A stretch of DNA of 64,000 bases from Dethiobacter sp. (GCA_018333455.1 JAGXTN010000058.1:3513-67512); one strand, 5' to 3'; positions 36,425-47,409 are shown, counted from the stretch's first letter. The notes: generated by a model not told the origin, from the letters alone. Numbers and translations: made by a program.

Positions 36425-38338
36425 TTGTCAGAAAAACGGAGACGCTATTTGCATAATACGCCTGTGGCTGAAGCCAAGAATCTTTTTCTTGGCCGTCAGT
36501 GGGGGCTAACACAGGAAGAAATTCTTCCGGTAGCAGCAGCAGTGGGAAGAGTTACAGCGAAAGCCGTCTTTGCTAAAATGTCCTCGCCCCATTACCATGC
36601 TGCGGCAATGGATGGGGTGGCTGTGCGGGCGGTCGATACGAGGGGGGCAAGTGAGACTTTTCCCAAACGGCTGCTTCTGGGGGAGCAGGCCTTTCCCGTG
36701 GATACAGGGAATGCTCTTCCCTCGGGTTGTGATGCGGTGATCATGGCGGAAGACATTTTCGAGCATGGAGAAGTAATTGAAATTATGGCGGCGGTGGCTC
36801 CTTGGCAGCATGTCCGCCCCATTGGCGAAGATATTGTGGCCACGGAAATGCTACTACCGGGTGGTCACCGTCTTGGCGCTGTGGACGCAGGCGCACTGCT
36901 GGCCGGAGGCTTGACCAGCGTTGCAGTACGTAGAAGACCCAGAGTGGCAATAATCCCCACCGGGAATGAATTGGTTACTGCAGGGATAAAGCCCAACCCA
37001 GGCCAGATTGTCGAATATAACTCCACCATTTTTTCTGCCTTAGTGGCAGAATGGGGGGGTGAAGCTCTTAAACAAGAGATTGTGCGGGATGATTTTGAGC
37101 TGATTAAAGCGGCGGTGCTCAATGCATCCCGGATAAGCGATGTGGTGCTGGTTAATGCGGGCTCCTCTGCCGGGCGCCGGGATTATACTGCTGATGTGGT
37201 GGCCCAGTTGGGAGAAGTGCTCATCCATGGGGTGGCTGTTCGCCCGGGGAAGCCGGTTATCTTAGGCGTTGTGGCAGGCAAGCCGGTGATTGGCGTGCCC
37301 GGTTACCCGGTTTCGGCGGTGGTCTCATTGGATCTTTTTCTCAAACCCTTACTCTATGCGCTCCAGGGTCAGCAAGAACCGAAAAGGCCTGTGGTCCGGG
37401 CGGCTTTCTCCCGGCAGATCACTTCCCCACTGTCTGCGGAGGAGTGGATTCGTGTCAAAATAGGTTCTGTGGCAGAACGCTATGTGGCTACCCCTCTGGC
37501 AAGAGGGTCGGGCGTAATAACCTCCTTGGTGAGAGCCGATGGAATTGTCCGCATCCCTCAACAAAAGGAAGGAATTGTGGCTGGTGAACTGGTGACTGTG
37601 GAACTCTTGCGTTCATTGCTTGACATAGACCAGACAATAGTTTGTAGCGGTAGCCACGATTTAACATTAGATATCCTCGGAGATCTACTGAGTCAACACT
37701 ATCCAGGATTTTCTCTGTCGTCTGCCCACGTAGGCAGTACCGGGGGTATTATGGCTTTGCGGCGCGGCGAGGCACATTTGGCAGGCATTCATTTGCTGCA
37801 TGAAGAAACGGGCCAGTATAATCTGCCGTTTCTGCAGCAGTTTCTCCCTGACCTTCCGCTGGTGCTCGTGACGCTGGTGGAACGGGAGCAGGGGTTGATG
37901 GTTCAGCCCGGCAACCCTCAGGGAATTAGCCAGATTGCCGATTTGGCTCGGAGAGATGTGACGTTCATCAATCGCCAGCGCGGCGCCGGGACGAGGTTAC
38001 TCTTAGATGCCTGCCTGAGAAAAGACGGTATTGCAGCGGAAGCTATCAGAGGCTATCACCGGGAAGAGTATACTCATTTGGCGGTAGCGGCAGCAGTGTC
38101 AGCCGGTTCAGCCGATGTTGCTCTTGGCGTATTTGCGGCGGCGCAAGCACTAGGGCTTGATTTTATCCCGCTCGCCAAAGAACGCTATGATTTAGCTATT
38201 CCCGCTAAATTTTATACTGACTTAAATTTACAAAAACTGCTGCAGTTGATTCGCTCTGACCAATTTAAACAGGCAGTAAATGAGCTGGGGGGATATCACA
38301 CTGAAAAGACAGGTCAAATTGTCTGGCAAGGAGAGTGA
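36425..38338 (+). CDS. MoeA paralogue fused to a C-terminal periplasmic-binding-protein-like (PBP-like) domain
   Basis: Residues 1 to about 400 are colinear with MoeA (NAGSSAGRRDY, GYPVSA). An extra segment of about 230 aa (GSHDLTLD...INRQRGAGTR...GLDFIPL) resembles the PBP-like domain known in MoeA fusions. Confidence 0.8.
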   Translation: MSEKRRRYLHNTPVAEAKNLFLGRQWGLTQEEILPVAAAVGRVTAKAVFAKMSSPHYHAAAMDGVAVRAVDTRGASETFPKRLLLGEQAFPVDTGNALPSGCDAVIMAEDIFEHGEVIEIMAAVAPWQHVRPIGEDIVATEMLLPGGHRLGAVDAGALLAGGLTSVAVRRRPRVAIIPTGNELVTAGIKPNPGQIVEYNSTIFSALVAEWGGEALKQEIVRDDFELIKAAVLNASRISDVVLVNAGSSAGRRDYTADVVAQLGEVLIHGVAVRPGKPVILGVVAGKPVIGVPGYPVSAVVSLDLFLKPLLYALQGQQEPKRPVVRAAFSRQITSPLSAEEWIRVKIGSVAERYVATPLARGSGVITSLVRADGIVRIPQQKEGIVAGELVTVELLRSLLDIDQTIVCSGSHDLTLDILGDLLSQHYPGFSLSSAHVGSTGGIMALRRGEAHLAGIHLLHEETGQYNLPFLQQFLPDLPLVLVTLVEREQGLMVQPGNPQGISQIADLARRDVTFINRQRGAGTRLLLDACLRKDGIAAEAIRGYHREEYTHLAVAAAVSAGSADVALGVFAAAQALGLDFIPLAKERYDLAIPAKFYTDLNLQKLLQLIRSDQFKQAVNELGGYHTEKTGQIVWQGE

Positions 38339-38344
38339 TTGATT

Positions 38345-38857
38345 ATGCAGTCATTTCGAGTAGCCGTTCTGACTGCCAGTGATAAAGGCGCCCGGGGTGA
38401 ACGTCAGGATGAAAGCGGTCCTCTGATTAGGGAAATGGTAGAAGCTGCCGGTGGCAATGTGGTCATTTATGAGGTGGTGCCTGATGAGTTTAGTGTCTTG
38501 CGTGACAAACTGGTGGCGTACACTGATGACCGGCAGATTCATCTAGTGCTGACTACAGGCGGAACAGGGTTAAGTCCGCGAGACAACACACCGGATGCCA
38601 CTTTAGCTGTGATCGAAAAACAGGTTCCAGGTATGGCGGAAGCAATGAGGGCCTTCGGTCTGCAAAAAACGCCTCATGCCATGCTTTCCCGCGCCGTCTG
38701 CGGCATTAGGAACAGAACTTTAATTGTGAATTTGCCCGGCAGCCCCCGGGCAGTACGGGAAAATCTGGGCGTCATTCTGCCTGCTATCCCACATGCGCTC
38801 GATGTGCTTTGCGGGCAGACTGGCGAGTGTGCAAATTTGCGGAAAAATGATGTATAA
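38345..38857 (+). CDS. MogA/MoaB-family molybdenum cofactor biosynthesis protein
   Basis: TTGGTGLSPRDNTPDAT and NLPGSPRA motifs. Confidence 0.88.
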   Translation: MQSFRVAVLTASDKGARGERQDESGPLIREMVEAAGGNVVIYEVVPDEFSVLRDKLVAYTDDRQIHLVLTTGGTGLSPRDNTPDATLAVIEKQVPGMAEAMRAFGLQKTPHAMLSRAVCGIRNRTLIVNLPGSPRAVRENLGVILPAIPHALDVLCGQTGECANLRKNDV

Positions 38858-38985
38858 GTTCTTGTTAGGGGAGTATACTATTTTGTGTTAAACAGGAAAA
38901 ATTAGAGAGAAGAAGAAAAAAAGTAATATTTTGAGTTAATTAAGGATAAATGCAATTATTTGCAAAATAATTCCCGGCAGCATAG

Positions 38986-39014
38986 TTGCATCATTCTCTA
39001 TTTTCGTATATAGT
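38986..39014 (+). promoter_or_regulatory. Sigma-A promoter of groESL
   Basis: TTGCAT, a 17-nt spacer, then TATAGT. Confidence 0.65.
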
Positions 39015-39028
39015 TGTTGTTGTGGCAA

Positions 39029-39055
39029 TTAGCACTCACAAGCAGTGAGTGCTAA
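39029..39055 (+). promoter_or_regulatory. CIRCE operator (HrcA binding site)
   Basis: ttagcactc-acaagcagt-gagtgctaa is an exact match to TTAGCACTC-N9-GAGTGCTAA. Confidence 0.95.
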
Positions 39056-39090
39056 AAGGAAAAGATCAATTTTAAAAAGGAGGTCAATCC

Positions 39091-39378
39091 ATGAACATCA
39101 AACCATTATCAGACCGTGTTGTGATTAAAGTGCTGGAGGCTGAAAAACAAACTGCCAGCGGCATTGTCCTGCCTGACAAGGCTAAAGAGAAGCCGCAAGA
39201 AGGCGAAGTTGTGGCAGCAGGAAACGGCCGTATTCTAGAAAACGGCAACCGTGTAGAAATGGACGTTAAAGTTGGCGATCGAATTCTTTTCTCCAAATAC
39301 GCCGGCACCGAAGTTAAGCTGGAAGGCAAAGAATACCTGATTATGCGTCAGGAAGATATTCTTGCCAAGCTGCTCTAA
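39091..39378 (+). CDS. groES: Co-chaperonin GroES
   Basis: [29 protein letters not shown]. Confidence 0.97.
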   Translation: MNIKPLSDRVVIKVLEAEKQTASGIVLPDKAKEKPQEGEVVAAGNGRILENGNRVEMDVKVGDRILFSKYAGTEVKLEGKEYLIMRQEDILAKLL

Positions 39379-39388
39379 ACGTACTTAA

Positions 39389-41029
<1,641 letters not shown>

Positions 41030-41070
41030 GTAAATAACTCAAAACAAAGTGACTCAAAACAAATAAAAAA

Positions 41071-41101
41071 ATAGCTTCGCTCTTGCGAGGCTATTTTTTT
41101 A
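41071..41101 (+). terminator. Rho-independent terminator after groEL (flanked by an A-run and a T-run)
   Basis: atagcttcg-ctcttg-cgaggctat followed by T8 and preceded by A7. Confidence 0.8.
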
Positions 41102-41206
41102 TTTCCTACCGTTCCCTTTGCAAGTCAATATTGCCTGTATATGGGCAATAGGGCGACGAAAACTAGAAGTGGCAATTGTTTTGCGGTTGGAAAGGGGGTT
41201 TTGTTT

Positions 41207-41551
41207 ATGCAGGAATGTTTTGAGCTTAACGAGCAAGACAAACGCTTTATGCGCCTGCGACAGTCGATAGAGGAGCTGAGACAGCAGCGTGGGGCGCTGA
41301 TTACGGTGTTGCATCAAGCGCAGGAGATTTACGGGTTCTTGCCCGAAAAATTACAGGAACATATTGCGGAAGAATTGAGTGTGCCACTGAGCGAGGTGTG
41401 CGGTGTAGTCAGCTTTTATTCATATTTTAGCATGAAACCACGGGGAAAGTATCTGATCCGGGTTTGTCTGGGGCCGTTCTTGATAGTCAGCGTGCCGAAA
41501 TTATCGAAGCAGTTCGACGCAATTTCCCGCAGGGAGGCAAGCGATGACTAA
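41207..41551 (+). pseudogene. Truncated NuoE/HydC-like thioredoxin-fold [2Fe-2S] subunit remnant
   Basis: LITVLHQAQEIYGFLP...GVVSFYSYFSMKPRGKYLIRVCLG matches the NuoE family up to the first cluster Cys. The sequence then diverges and stops 8 nt inside hydA. The other three cluster Cys are missing. Confidence 0.55.
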
Positions 41552-43328
41552 AAAAGACAGTTTTGGAAAAAAATTTGCTGCACCTGTAGTGTCACTGACT
41601 ATTGATGGTCAAAATGTTCAGGCTGCCCAAGGAAGTACTCTGCTGGAAGCAGCTCGAAAAAGCGGTGTAAATATTCCCTCGCTTTGTTATCTGCGAGAAA
41701 TTAATCAGGTAGGTGCTTGTCGCATTTGCGTTGTGGAAATTAATAATTCGCCCACATTGCAGGCAGCCTGCGTCTTCCCAGTCAGTCAGGGCTTAGTCGT
41801 CCGCACCAACACAAAGAAAATCCAAGACGCAAGACGAGCTGTACTGGAACTGCTACTGTCTAACCACCCTGCCGATTGTTTTTCCTGTATTCGTAATCTA
41901 AACTGTGAGCTGCAGGCGCTGGCACATGAGTTAAATATTCGGGAAATCCGTTTTGCAGGCGACAAGATTAGGATTCCGCTGGATACTGAATCGGCAGCCA
42001 TTGAGCGTGAGCCGGAAAAGTGTATTCTCTGTTACCGGTGTGTTAGTATTTGCAGTAAAATTGTTACCGCTAATGTTTACACCATGTTAAACAGGGGTTT
42101 TAAGGCGTTTGCGGCGCCTGCCTTTAATCGCAGCTTGGCAGATGTTTCCTGCACTACCTGCGGACAATGCGTGACAGTCTGTCCTACCGCGGCGTTGCGG
42201 GAAAAGGATCAAACAGAGGAAGTATGGGCTGCGCTTGCAAATCCGGATCTTTATGTGTTGGTACAGACAGCCCCCAGTATCCGGGTGACCATCGGGGAAG
42301 AATTTGGTATGGCGTATGGCACGGTGATGACAGGGCAGATGGTGTCAGCACTGCGCAAGCTGGGCTTTGATAAGGTGTTCTACACAGATTTTACCGCTGA
42401 TATGACCATCGTGGAAGAGGGTTATGAATTTCTGGAAAAACTGCAACACAACGGTCCCTGGCCTCATCTTAGCTCTTGCAGCCCGGGCTGGGTAAAATTT
42501 TGCGAACATTTTTATCCGGAATTTCTGGGTAATATTTCTACCGTAAAATCGCCCATGTCCATGTTTGGCGCATTGGCGAAAACATTTCATGCCGAAGCGC
42601 TTGGTATAGCACCGGAGAGGATATTCGTGGTGGGAATCATGCCGTGCACAGCCAAAAAATATGAGGCGGCGCGGCCTGAACTTAGTGACAGCGGCCTAAG
42701 AAACGTTGATGTGGTTTTAACTACTCGGGAGTTTGCCAGGATGATCCGCCAAGCAGGTCTTGATTTCGTGCACTTAGCGGAGGAGGATTTCGACACGCCG
42801 TTAGGTGAGTCGAGCGGAGCCGGCACCATTTTTGGCGCGACCGGCGGCGTGGCAGAAGCGGCCATCCGCACGATTTATGAGCACCTTACCGGTCAGGAGT
42901 TGCAACAGCCGGAATTTATTCAGGCGCTGAGGGGGATGGACGGAGTCAAGGTAGCCAATATTAAGATTTTGGATAAAAAAATAAAGCTGGCGATTGCCCA
43001 TGGTACCGGCAACGCCAGGCTGTTGTTAGATAAAATTAAAAAAGGCGAAGAAATGTATCATTTCATTGAAATCATGGGCTGTCCCGGCGGGTGCGTGGGG
43101 GGAGGCGGGCAGCCGATTTTAGCTAAAAAACAGCGTTGGGAGAAAAATCGAGATTACCGGATGGACAGGGCAGATGCGCTCTACCGGATTGACGAGCAAA
43201 AAGAGTTGCGTAGAGCTCACCAAAACCCGGCGGTCTGGGAAATCTACGAGCAATACCTGGATCATCCCCTCAGCGAAAAAGCGAAAAGGCTGCTGCACAC
43301 AAATTATTTTCGGCGGGGTAAATTTTAG
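41544..43328 (+). CDS. hydA: [FeFe]-hydrogenase, M3-type domain layout (2Fe-2S, His-ligated 4Fe-4S, two 4Fe-4S, H-domain)
   Basis: CRICVVEI; HPADCFSCIRNLNC; CILCYRCVSIC; CTTCGQCVTVCP; MPCTAKKYE (L2); EIMGCPGGCVGGGGQP (L3). The L1 motif reads SSCSPGW rather than TSCCPGW. Confidence 0.9.
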   Translation: MTKKDSFGKKFAAPVVSLTIDGQNVQAAQGSTLLEAARKSGVNIPSLCYLREINQVGACRICVVEINNSPTLQAACVFPVSQGLVVRTNTKKIQDARRAVLELLLSNHPADCFSCIRNLNCELQALAHELNIREIRFAGDKIRIPLDTESAAIEREPEKCILCYRCVSICSKIVTANVYTMLNRGFKAFAAPAFNRSLADVSCTTCGQCVTVCPTAALREKDQTEEVWAALANPDLYVLVQTAPSIRVTIGEEFGMAYGTVMTGQMVSALRKLGFDKVFYTDFTADMTIVEEGYEFLEKLQHNGPWPHLSSCSPGWVKFCEHFYPEFLGNISTVKSPMSMFGALAKTFHAEALGIAPERIFVVGIMPCTAKKYEAARPELSDSGLRNVDVVLTTREFARMIRQAGLDFVHLAEEDFDTPLGESSGAGTIFGATGGVAEAAIRTIYEHLTGQELQQPEFIQALRGMDGVKVANIKILDKKIKLAIAHGTGNARLLLDKIKKGEEMYHFIEIMGCPGGCVGGGGQPILAKKQRWEKNRDYRMDRADALYRIDEQKELRRAHQNPAVWEIYEQYLDHPLSEKAKRLLHTNYFRRGKF

Positions 43329-43389
43329 GGTGGTTCACGTTAGCCCTTGCCTTCGATGCCGGCTTCACGTTGCCCTCACTTTTGCGCCG

Positions 43390-43426
43390 GCCCTCACCTC
43401 GCCCTCTCCCGGGGGGAGAGGGGAAT
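43390..43426 (-). repeat. GC-rich palindromic repeat element, copy 3
   Basis: gccctcacctcgccctctcccggggggagaggggaat is the inverted counterpart of 21311-21347. Confidence 0.8.
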
Positions 43427-43494
43427 TGCCGGGCTTGGAGAGGAGAAATGCCGGGAAGGGGGATTTTTAGAGAAGTGTTAGTTTATTTTGGTGC

Positions 43495-44859
43495 CTAAAA
43501 AGAAGTGTTTATTTGCGGTACTGTTGAGAGGCCTTTTGCCAGGTCTTCCTCGGTGTATTGATAGTCCACAATTTTACCGGAGAGGTAAGCATCATAGGCG
43601 GTAAGGTCAAAGTGGCCATGGCCGCTAAGACAAAAGAGAATGGTTTTATCTTCGCCTGCGGCCGTGCACTCTAAGGCGGCATCAATGGCACCGCGAATGG
43701 CATGGGCTGATTCGGGGGCAGGCAAAATTCCTTCAGTCCGGGCAAAAAGCATGGCGGCTTCAAAAACCCCTTTTTGGACCGGGGCTTGGGCTTCAATAAT
43801 TCCTTCGTGGTAAAGTTGGCTGACCAAAGGGGAATCGCCGTGATAGCGTAGGCCGCCGGCGTGAATGCCGGGCGGGATAAAGTCATGGCCTAGGGTATAC
43901 ATCTTAACTAGGGGGGTCAGGGCGGCAGTGTCGCCGTAATCGTAGGTGTATTTGCCCCTTGTCAGCGTAGGACAGGCTGCCGGCTCAATGGCGATGACGC
44001 GCATTTCTTTGCCATGAATCTTATCGTAGAGGAAGGGGAAGCTAAGGCCGGCAAAGTTGGAGCCGCCGCCGCAACAGCCGATGATAAAGTCAGGATATTC
44101 TCCAACCGACGCCAGTTGCTCCTTTGCTTCCAGACCGATGACCGTTTGGTGTAACAGGACATGATTTAAGACGCTGCCTAAAGCGTAGTTAGTATCGGCT
44201 CGGGAAGCGGCGTCTTCCACTGCCTCAGAGATGGCAATACCTAAGCTGCCGGGGGAATCGGGGTTGTCTGCCAGAATTTTGCGGCCGGCGTTAGTTTGCG
44301 AGCTGGGGCTGGGAATTACGTTGGCACCCCACACCTCCATGAGCGAACGACGGTACGGTTTTTGGGTAAATGATATTTTTACCATGTAAATCATGCACTC
44401 CAGGCCAAAGTAGCTGCAGGCAAGCGAGAGCGCAGTGCCCCATTGGCCTGCACCCGTTTCTGTAGCCAATCTCTTGATGCCGGACTGTTTATTGTAGAAC
44501 GCCTGGGGAATGGCTGTGTTCGTTTTATGGCTGCCGGCGGGGCTTACCCCTTCGTATTTATAGTAAATGCGTGCCGGTGTGCCTAGAGCCTGTTCGAGGC
44601 GGTGAGCACGGAAGAGAGGAGATGGTCGCCACAGACGGTAAATCTCCCTGACTTCTTCGGGGATTTCTACCCAGCGTTTGTCGGTTACTTCCTGTTCAAT
44701 GATTGCCGCGGGAAAAATGGCGGCAAGGTCGGAGCCTGCCAACGGTTTTTGGGTGCCGGGGTGCAAGGGCGGTGCCGGGGGGTTTGGCATATCCGCCATA
44801 ATGTTATACCAGGCCTTGGGGATATGCTCCTCACCAAGCAGTATTTTTGTCTGCGTCAT
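43495..44859 (-). CDS. TrpB2-type (TrpB-like) PLP-dependent tryptophan synthase beta-chain homologue
   Basis: 454 aa from [31 protein letters not shown]-lysine motif. AGGAGG RBS. No other trp genes are in the window. Confidence 0.85.
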   Translation of the reverse strand: MTQTKILLGEEHIPKAWYNIMADMPNPPAPPLHPGTQKPLAGSDLAAIFPAAIIEQEVTDKRWVEIPEEVREIYRLWRPSPLFRAHRLEQALGTPARIYYKYEGVSPAGSHKTNTAIPQAFYNKQSGIKRLATETGAGQWGTALSLACSYFGLECMIYMVKISFTQKPYRRSLMEVWGANVIPSPSSQTNAGRKILADNPDSPGSLGIAISEAVEDAASRADTNYALGSVLNHVLLHQTVIGLEAKEQLASVGEYPDFIIGCCGGGSNFAGLSFPFLYDKIHGKEMRVIAIEPAACPTLTRGKYTYDYGDTAALTPLVKMYTLGHDFIPPGIHAGGLRYHGDSPLVSQLYHEGIIEAQAPVQKGVFEAAMLFARTEGILPAPESAHAIRGAIDAALECTAAGEDKTILFCLSGHGHFDLTAYDAYLSGKIVDYQYTEEDLAKGLSTVPQINTSF

Positions 44860-45010
44860 CCTTTTCTCCTCCTTAGATTGACAAAGGGGCGTCCCCTTTG
44901 CCGCTCTGAAACTTATCATAAATTTATCGAATTAACGTCTAAAAGTCAAGGAAAGAAGGAGGATTGCTTCTTTTGTCGAAGCTAAGTTCAAAAAGTCTGG
45001 GAGGTTAGAG

Positions 45011-46549
45011 ATGTTGATACGGGAAATGGTATTGATTCTTGATTTCGGCGGCCAGTATACTCAACTGATTGCGCGCCGGATTCGGGAGCTAAATGTTTAT
45101 TGTGAGATTCTGCCTTATACCGCAACGCTGGAGCAGATCGAGGCGTTAAATCCTAAAGCTTTAGTTTTTTCCGGCGGAGCGTTTAGTGTATATGGTGAAG
45201 GAGCACCGGCTGTCGATCGGCAGTTATATCTGCTGGGCTTGCCAATTTTGGGTATTTGTTACGGCATGCAATTATTGGCTAAAGACCTGGGTGGCGTAGT
45301 CCGTGCTGCTGATCGTCGGGAATATGGCAAAACGGAGCTGACAGTTCTGGATAACGGAGATCTTTTTGCCGGATTAGGGAAAGAAGAAGATGTCTGGATG
45401 AGCCATAGTGATTTTGTGGAGGAGGCTCCCACAGGCTTTACTGTGACTGCCACCACTCGCAATACGCCGGTAGCCGCTATGTCTGACGCACAACAACAGA
45501 TTTATGCAGTACAGTTCCATCCGGAGGTGATCCATACACCGCATGGGATGGAGATGCTGAAAAATTTTCTCTTTAATGTGGTGGGGCTTTCTGCCGATTG
45601 GAGCATGGGCTCATTTATTGAGTCCACTGTGCGGCAAATCAGGGAAACGGTGGGTGAGGAGGAGCGGGTGGTCTGCGGCCTCTCCGGTGGTGTAGATTCT
45701 TCGGTGGCGGCAGTACTTGTGCATAAAGCGATTGGCGACCGTCTGACCTGTATTTTTGTGGACCATGGCCTGCTGAGAAAAGATGAGGCAGAGCAGGTGA
45801 TGGCGACTTTTTCCGAGCAGTTTCACATGAAAGTGGTTAAAGTAGACGCGGCGGAAGAATTTTTCACTAAGCTGGCGGGGGTAAGCGACCCGGAGAAGAA
45901 GCGCAAAATTATCGGCAATGAATTTATTCGCGTCTTTGAGCGGGAAGCGGCTAAGATTGCTCAAGTTGATTACCTGGTGCAGGGAACTCTTTATACCGAT
46001 GTAATTGAAAGCGGTACGGCCACCGCCGCCGTTATTAAGTCTCACCATAATGTGGGCGGCTTGCCGGCGGATATGAAATTTAAACTGATTGAGCCTTTAA
46101 ATCATCTGTTTAAGGATGAGGTACGTAAGGTAGGGGAAGAATTGGGAATGTCGACAGAGGTTGTCTGGCGCCATCCGTTTCCCGGCCCTGGTTTGGCAAT
46201 TCGTGTTCTTGGGGAAGTAACCAGAGAAAAGGTTGCTATTTTGCAAGCAGCAGATGCCATTGTGATTGAGGAAATAAAAAAGGCGGGGCTGTACCGGGAA
46301 ATCTGGCAAGCTTTCGCTGTCTTGCCTGACATTCGTTCTGTGGGAGTAATGGGTGACTGCAGAACTTATGCTTATACCGTGGCGCTGCGTGCTGTTACCA
46401 GCCAGGATGGGATGACTGCAGACTGGTATCGCTTCCCTCTAGATGTATTGGCGCGTATCTCGAACAGAGTAGTTAACGAGGTGCCTCATGTAAATCGCAT
46501 GGTCTACGATATTACTTCTAAACCGCCATCCACAATCGAGTGGGAATAA
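45011..46549 (+). CDS. guaA: GMP synthase (glutamine-hydrolysing)
   Basis: [18 protein letters not shown], the GICYGMQ catalytic Cys, the SGGVDSS P-loop and a C-terminal PPSTIEWE. Confidence 0.97.
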   Translation: MLIREMVLILDFGGQYTQLIARRIRELNVYCEILPYTATLEQIEALNPKALVFSGGAFSVYGEGAPAVDRQLYLLGLPILGICYGMQLLAKDLGGVVRAADRREYGKTELTVLDNGDLFAGLGKEEDVWMSHSDFVEEAPTGFTVTATTRNTPVAAMSDAQQQIYAVQFHPEVIHTPHGMEMLKNFLFNVVGLSADWSMGSFIESTVRQIRETVGEEERVVCGLSGGVDSSVAAVLVHKAIGDRLTCIFVDHGLLRKDEAEQVMATFSEQFHMKVVKVDAAEEFFTKLAGVSDPEKKRKIIGNEFIRVFEREAAKIAQVDYLVQGTLYTDVIESGTATAAVIKSHHNVGGLPADMKFKLIEPLNHLFKDEVRKVGEELGMSTEVVWRHPFPGPGLAIRVLGEVTREKVAILQAADAIVIEEIKKAGLYREIWQAFAVLPDIRSVGVMGDCRTYAYTVALRAVTSQDGMTADWYRFPLDVLARISNRVVNEVPHVNRMVYDITSKPPSTIEWE

Positions 46550-46588
46550 GAAAAAATTCCGGCGAAGATTTAATTAATATGGGCGGTG

Positions 46589-46855
46589 ATGGTTTTGCAA
46601 ATTAACTATTCAAAGTCTGCCGCAAAGGTAATCAATTCACTAGATAAGGCCACGAAACTTAGGATAAAACAAGGTATAGAAGGGTTAACCGAAGCTCCGC
46701 CCAAGGGCGATATTAAAATGATGCAGGGCTTTAGTCCGCCGCTATATCGTTTACGCAGTGGCAAGTATCGTGTATTATATGAGTATAATACTGTTGGAGG
46801 CAATCAAGTTTTGATGATAAAGGATGTAGGTTCCCGTGGGGATATTTATAAGTGA
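46589..46855 (+). CDS. RelE/ParE-family type II toxin
   Basis: The pattern I.YSKSA.K.I..LDK.T..RI...I..L...P..GDIK.M.G....YRLR.GKYRVLYEY......V.......RGD.YK is typical of the RelE/ParE superfamily. Confidence 0.8.
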   Translation: MVLQINYSKSAAKVINSLDKATKLRIKQGIEGLTEAPPKGDIKMMQGFSPPLYRLRSGKYRVLYEYNTVGGNQVLMIKDVGSRGDIYK

Positions 46856-46869
46856 AGGAGATGAATCAT

Positions 46870-47082
46870 ATGTCACCGGTAACAAAACAAATTATAGAAA
46901 TGATTGATATGCTTCCTGAGCAGGAGCAGCAGCTGGCGTTTGAATTCATAAAAAGAATGGTGCTGGCATGGGATAATGATTTTACCAAGCTAACACCCAT
47001 TGAAAGAAATAGGCTGGCCGGTGCAGAGAAAGAAATAGCTAACGGCGATATTGTTGATCATTCTGATATTGACTGGAATTAG
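46870..47082 (+). CDS. Putative cognate antitoxin (70 aa), encoded downstream of the toxin
   Basis: AAGGAG RBS overlapping the toxin stop. Small acidic protein. LPEQEQQLAFEFIKRM resembles addiction-module-component N-termini. Confidence 0.5.
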   Translation: MSPVTKQIIEMIDMLPEQEQQLAFEFIKRMVLAWDNDFTKLTPIERNRLAGAEKEIANGDIVDHSDIDWN

Positions 47083-47163
47083 AGCGGTGGCGATTATAGA
47101 TGCCAAAGAAAACTAAAGGTTTATCTAGGCAAATGACGAGGGAAGAATGTGCTTGTTTTGAGA

Positions 47164-47192
47164 TTGACAGAACATGCCGAATCTGGTAGTCT
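47164..47192 (+). promoter_or_regulatory. Candidate promoter for the riboswitch-pbuG-pur transcript
   Basis: TTGACA, a 17-nt spacer, then TAGTCT preceded by TG (extended -10). Confidence 0.4.
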
Positions 47193-47210
47193 GAAAGCAA
47201 ATAAATAGTG

Positions 47211-47279
47211 CTCGTATAATCTCAGGGATATGGCCTGAAAGTCTCTACCAGATAACCGTAAATTATCTGACTACGGGGG
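47211..47279 (+). promoter_or_regulatory. Purine riboswitch aptamer, guanine/hypoxanthine class (C at the discriminator position)
   Basis: ctcgtataatctcagggatatggcctgaaagtctctaccagataaccgtaaattatctgactacgggg. P1 is ctcgta/tacggg, P2 is tcaggg/cctga, P3 is cagataa/ttatctg. J3/1 is AC, as in the xpt guanine class. Confidence 0.9.
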
Positions 47280-47360
47280 AAAGTGCGCCTAGGGTTCCGC
47301 CGCGTAAGCGGGGCAGGTCCAAGTGGCGCAGGCACAATGTGCTACACCGCAGGGATAAAA

Positions 47361-47409
47361 GCCCAGACGGGTAGGTTTCGCTCGCGTAACCTACCCGTCT
47401 GGGCTTTTT
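47361..47409 (+). terminator. Riboswitch expression-platform terminator
   Basis: gcccagacgggtagg-tttcgctcgcgtaa-cctacccgtctgggc followed by T5. Confidence 0.8.

Noticed and set aside
43174-43470. 98-aa ORF overlapping the hydA 3' end and the downstream intergenic region
   Set aside because: It is out of frame with the well-supported hydA. Its C-terminal half is a translation of the palindromic repeat (SPSPGGRGELPGLERR).
44860-45010. Looked for a T-box or other leader for trpB2 or guaA in the divergent intergenic region
   Set aside because: The region is about 150 nt and has to hold two divergent promoters and RBSs. It shows no terminator hairpin and no T-box core.
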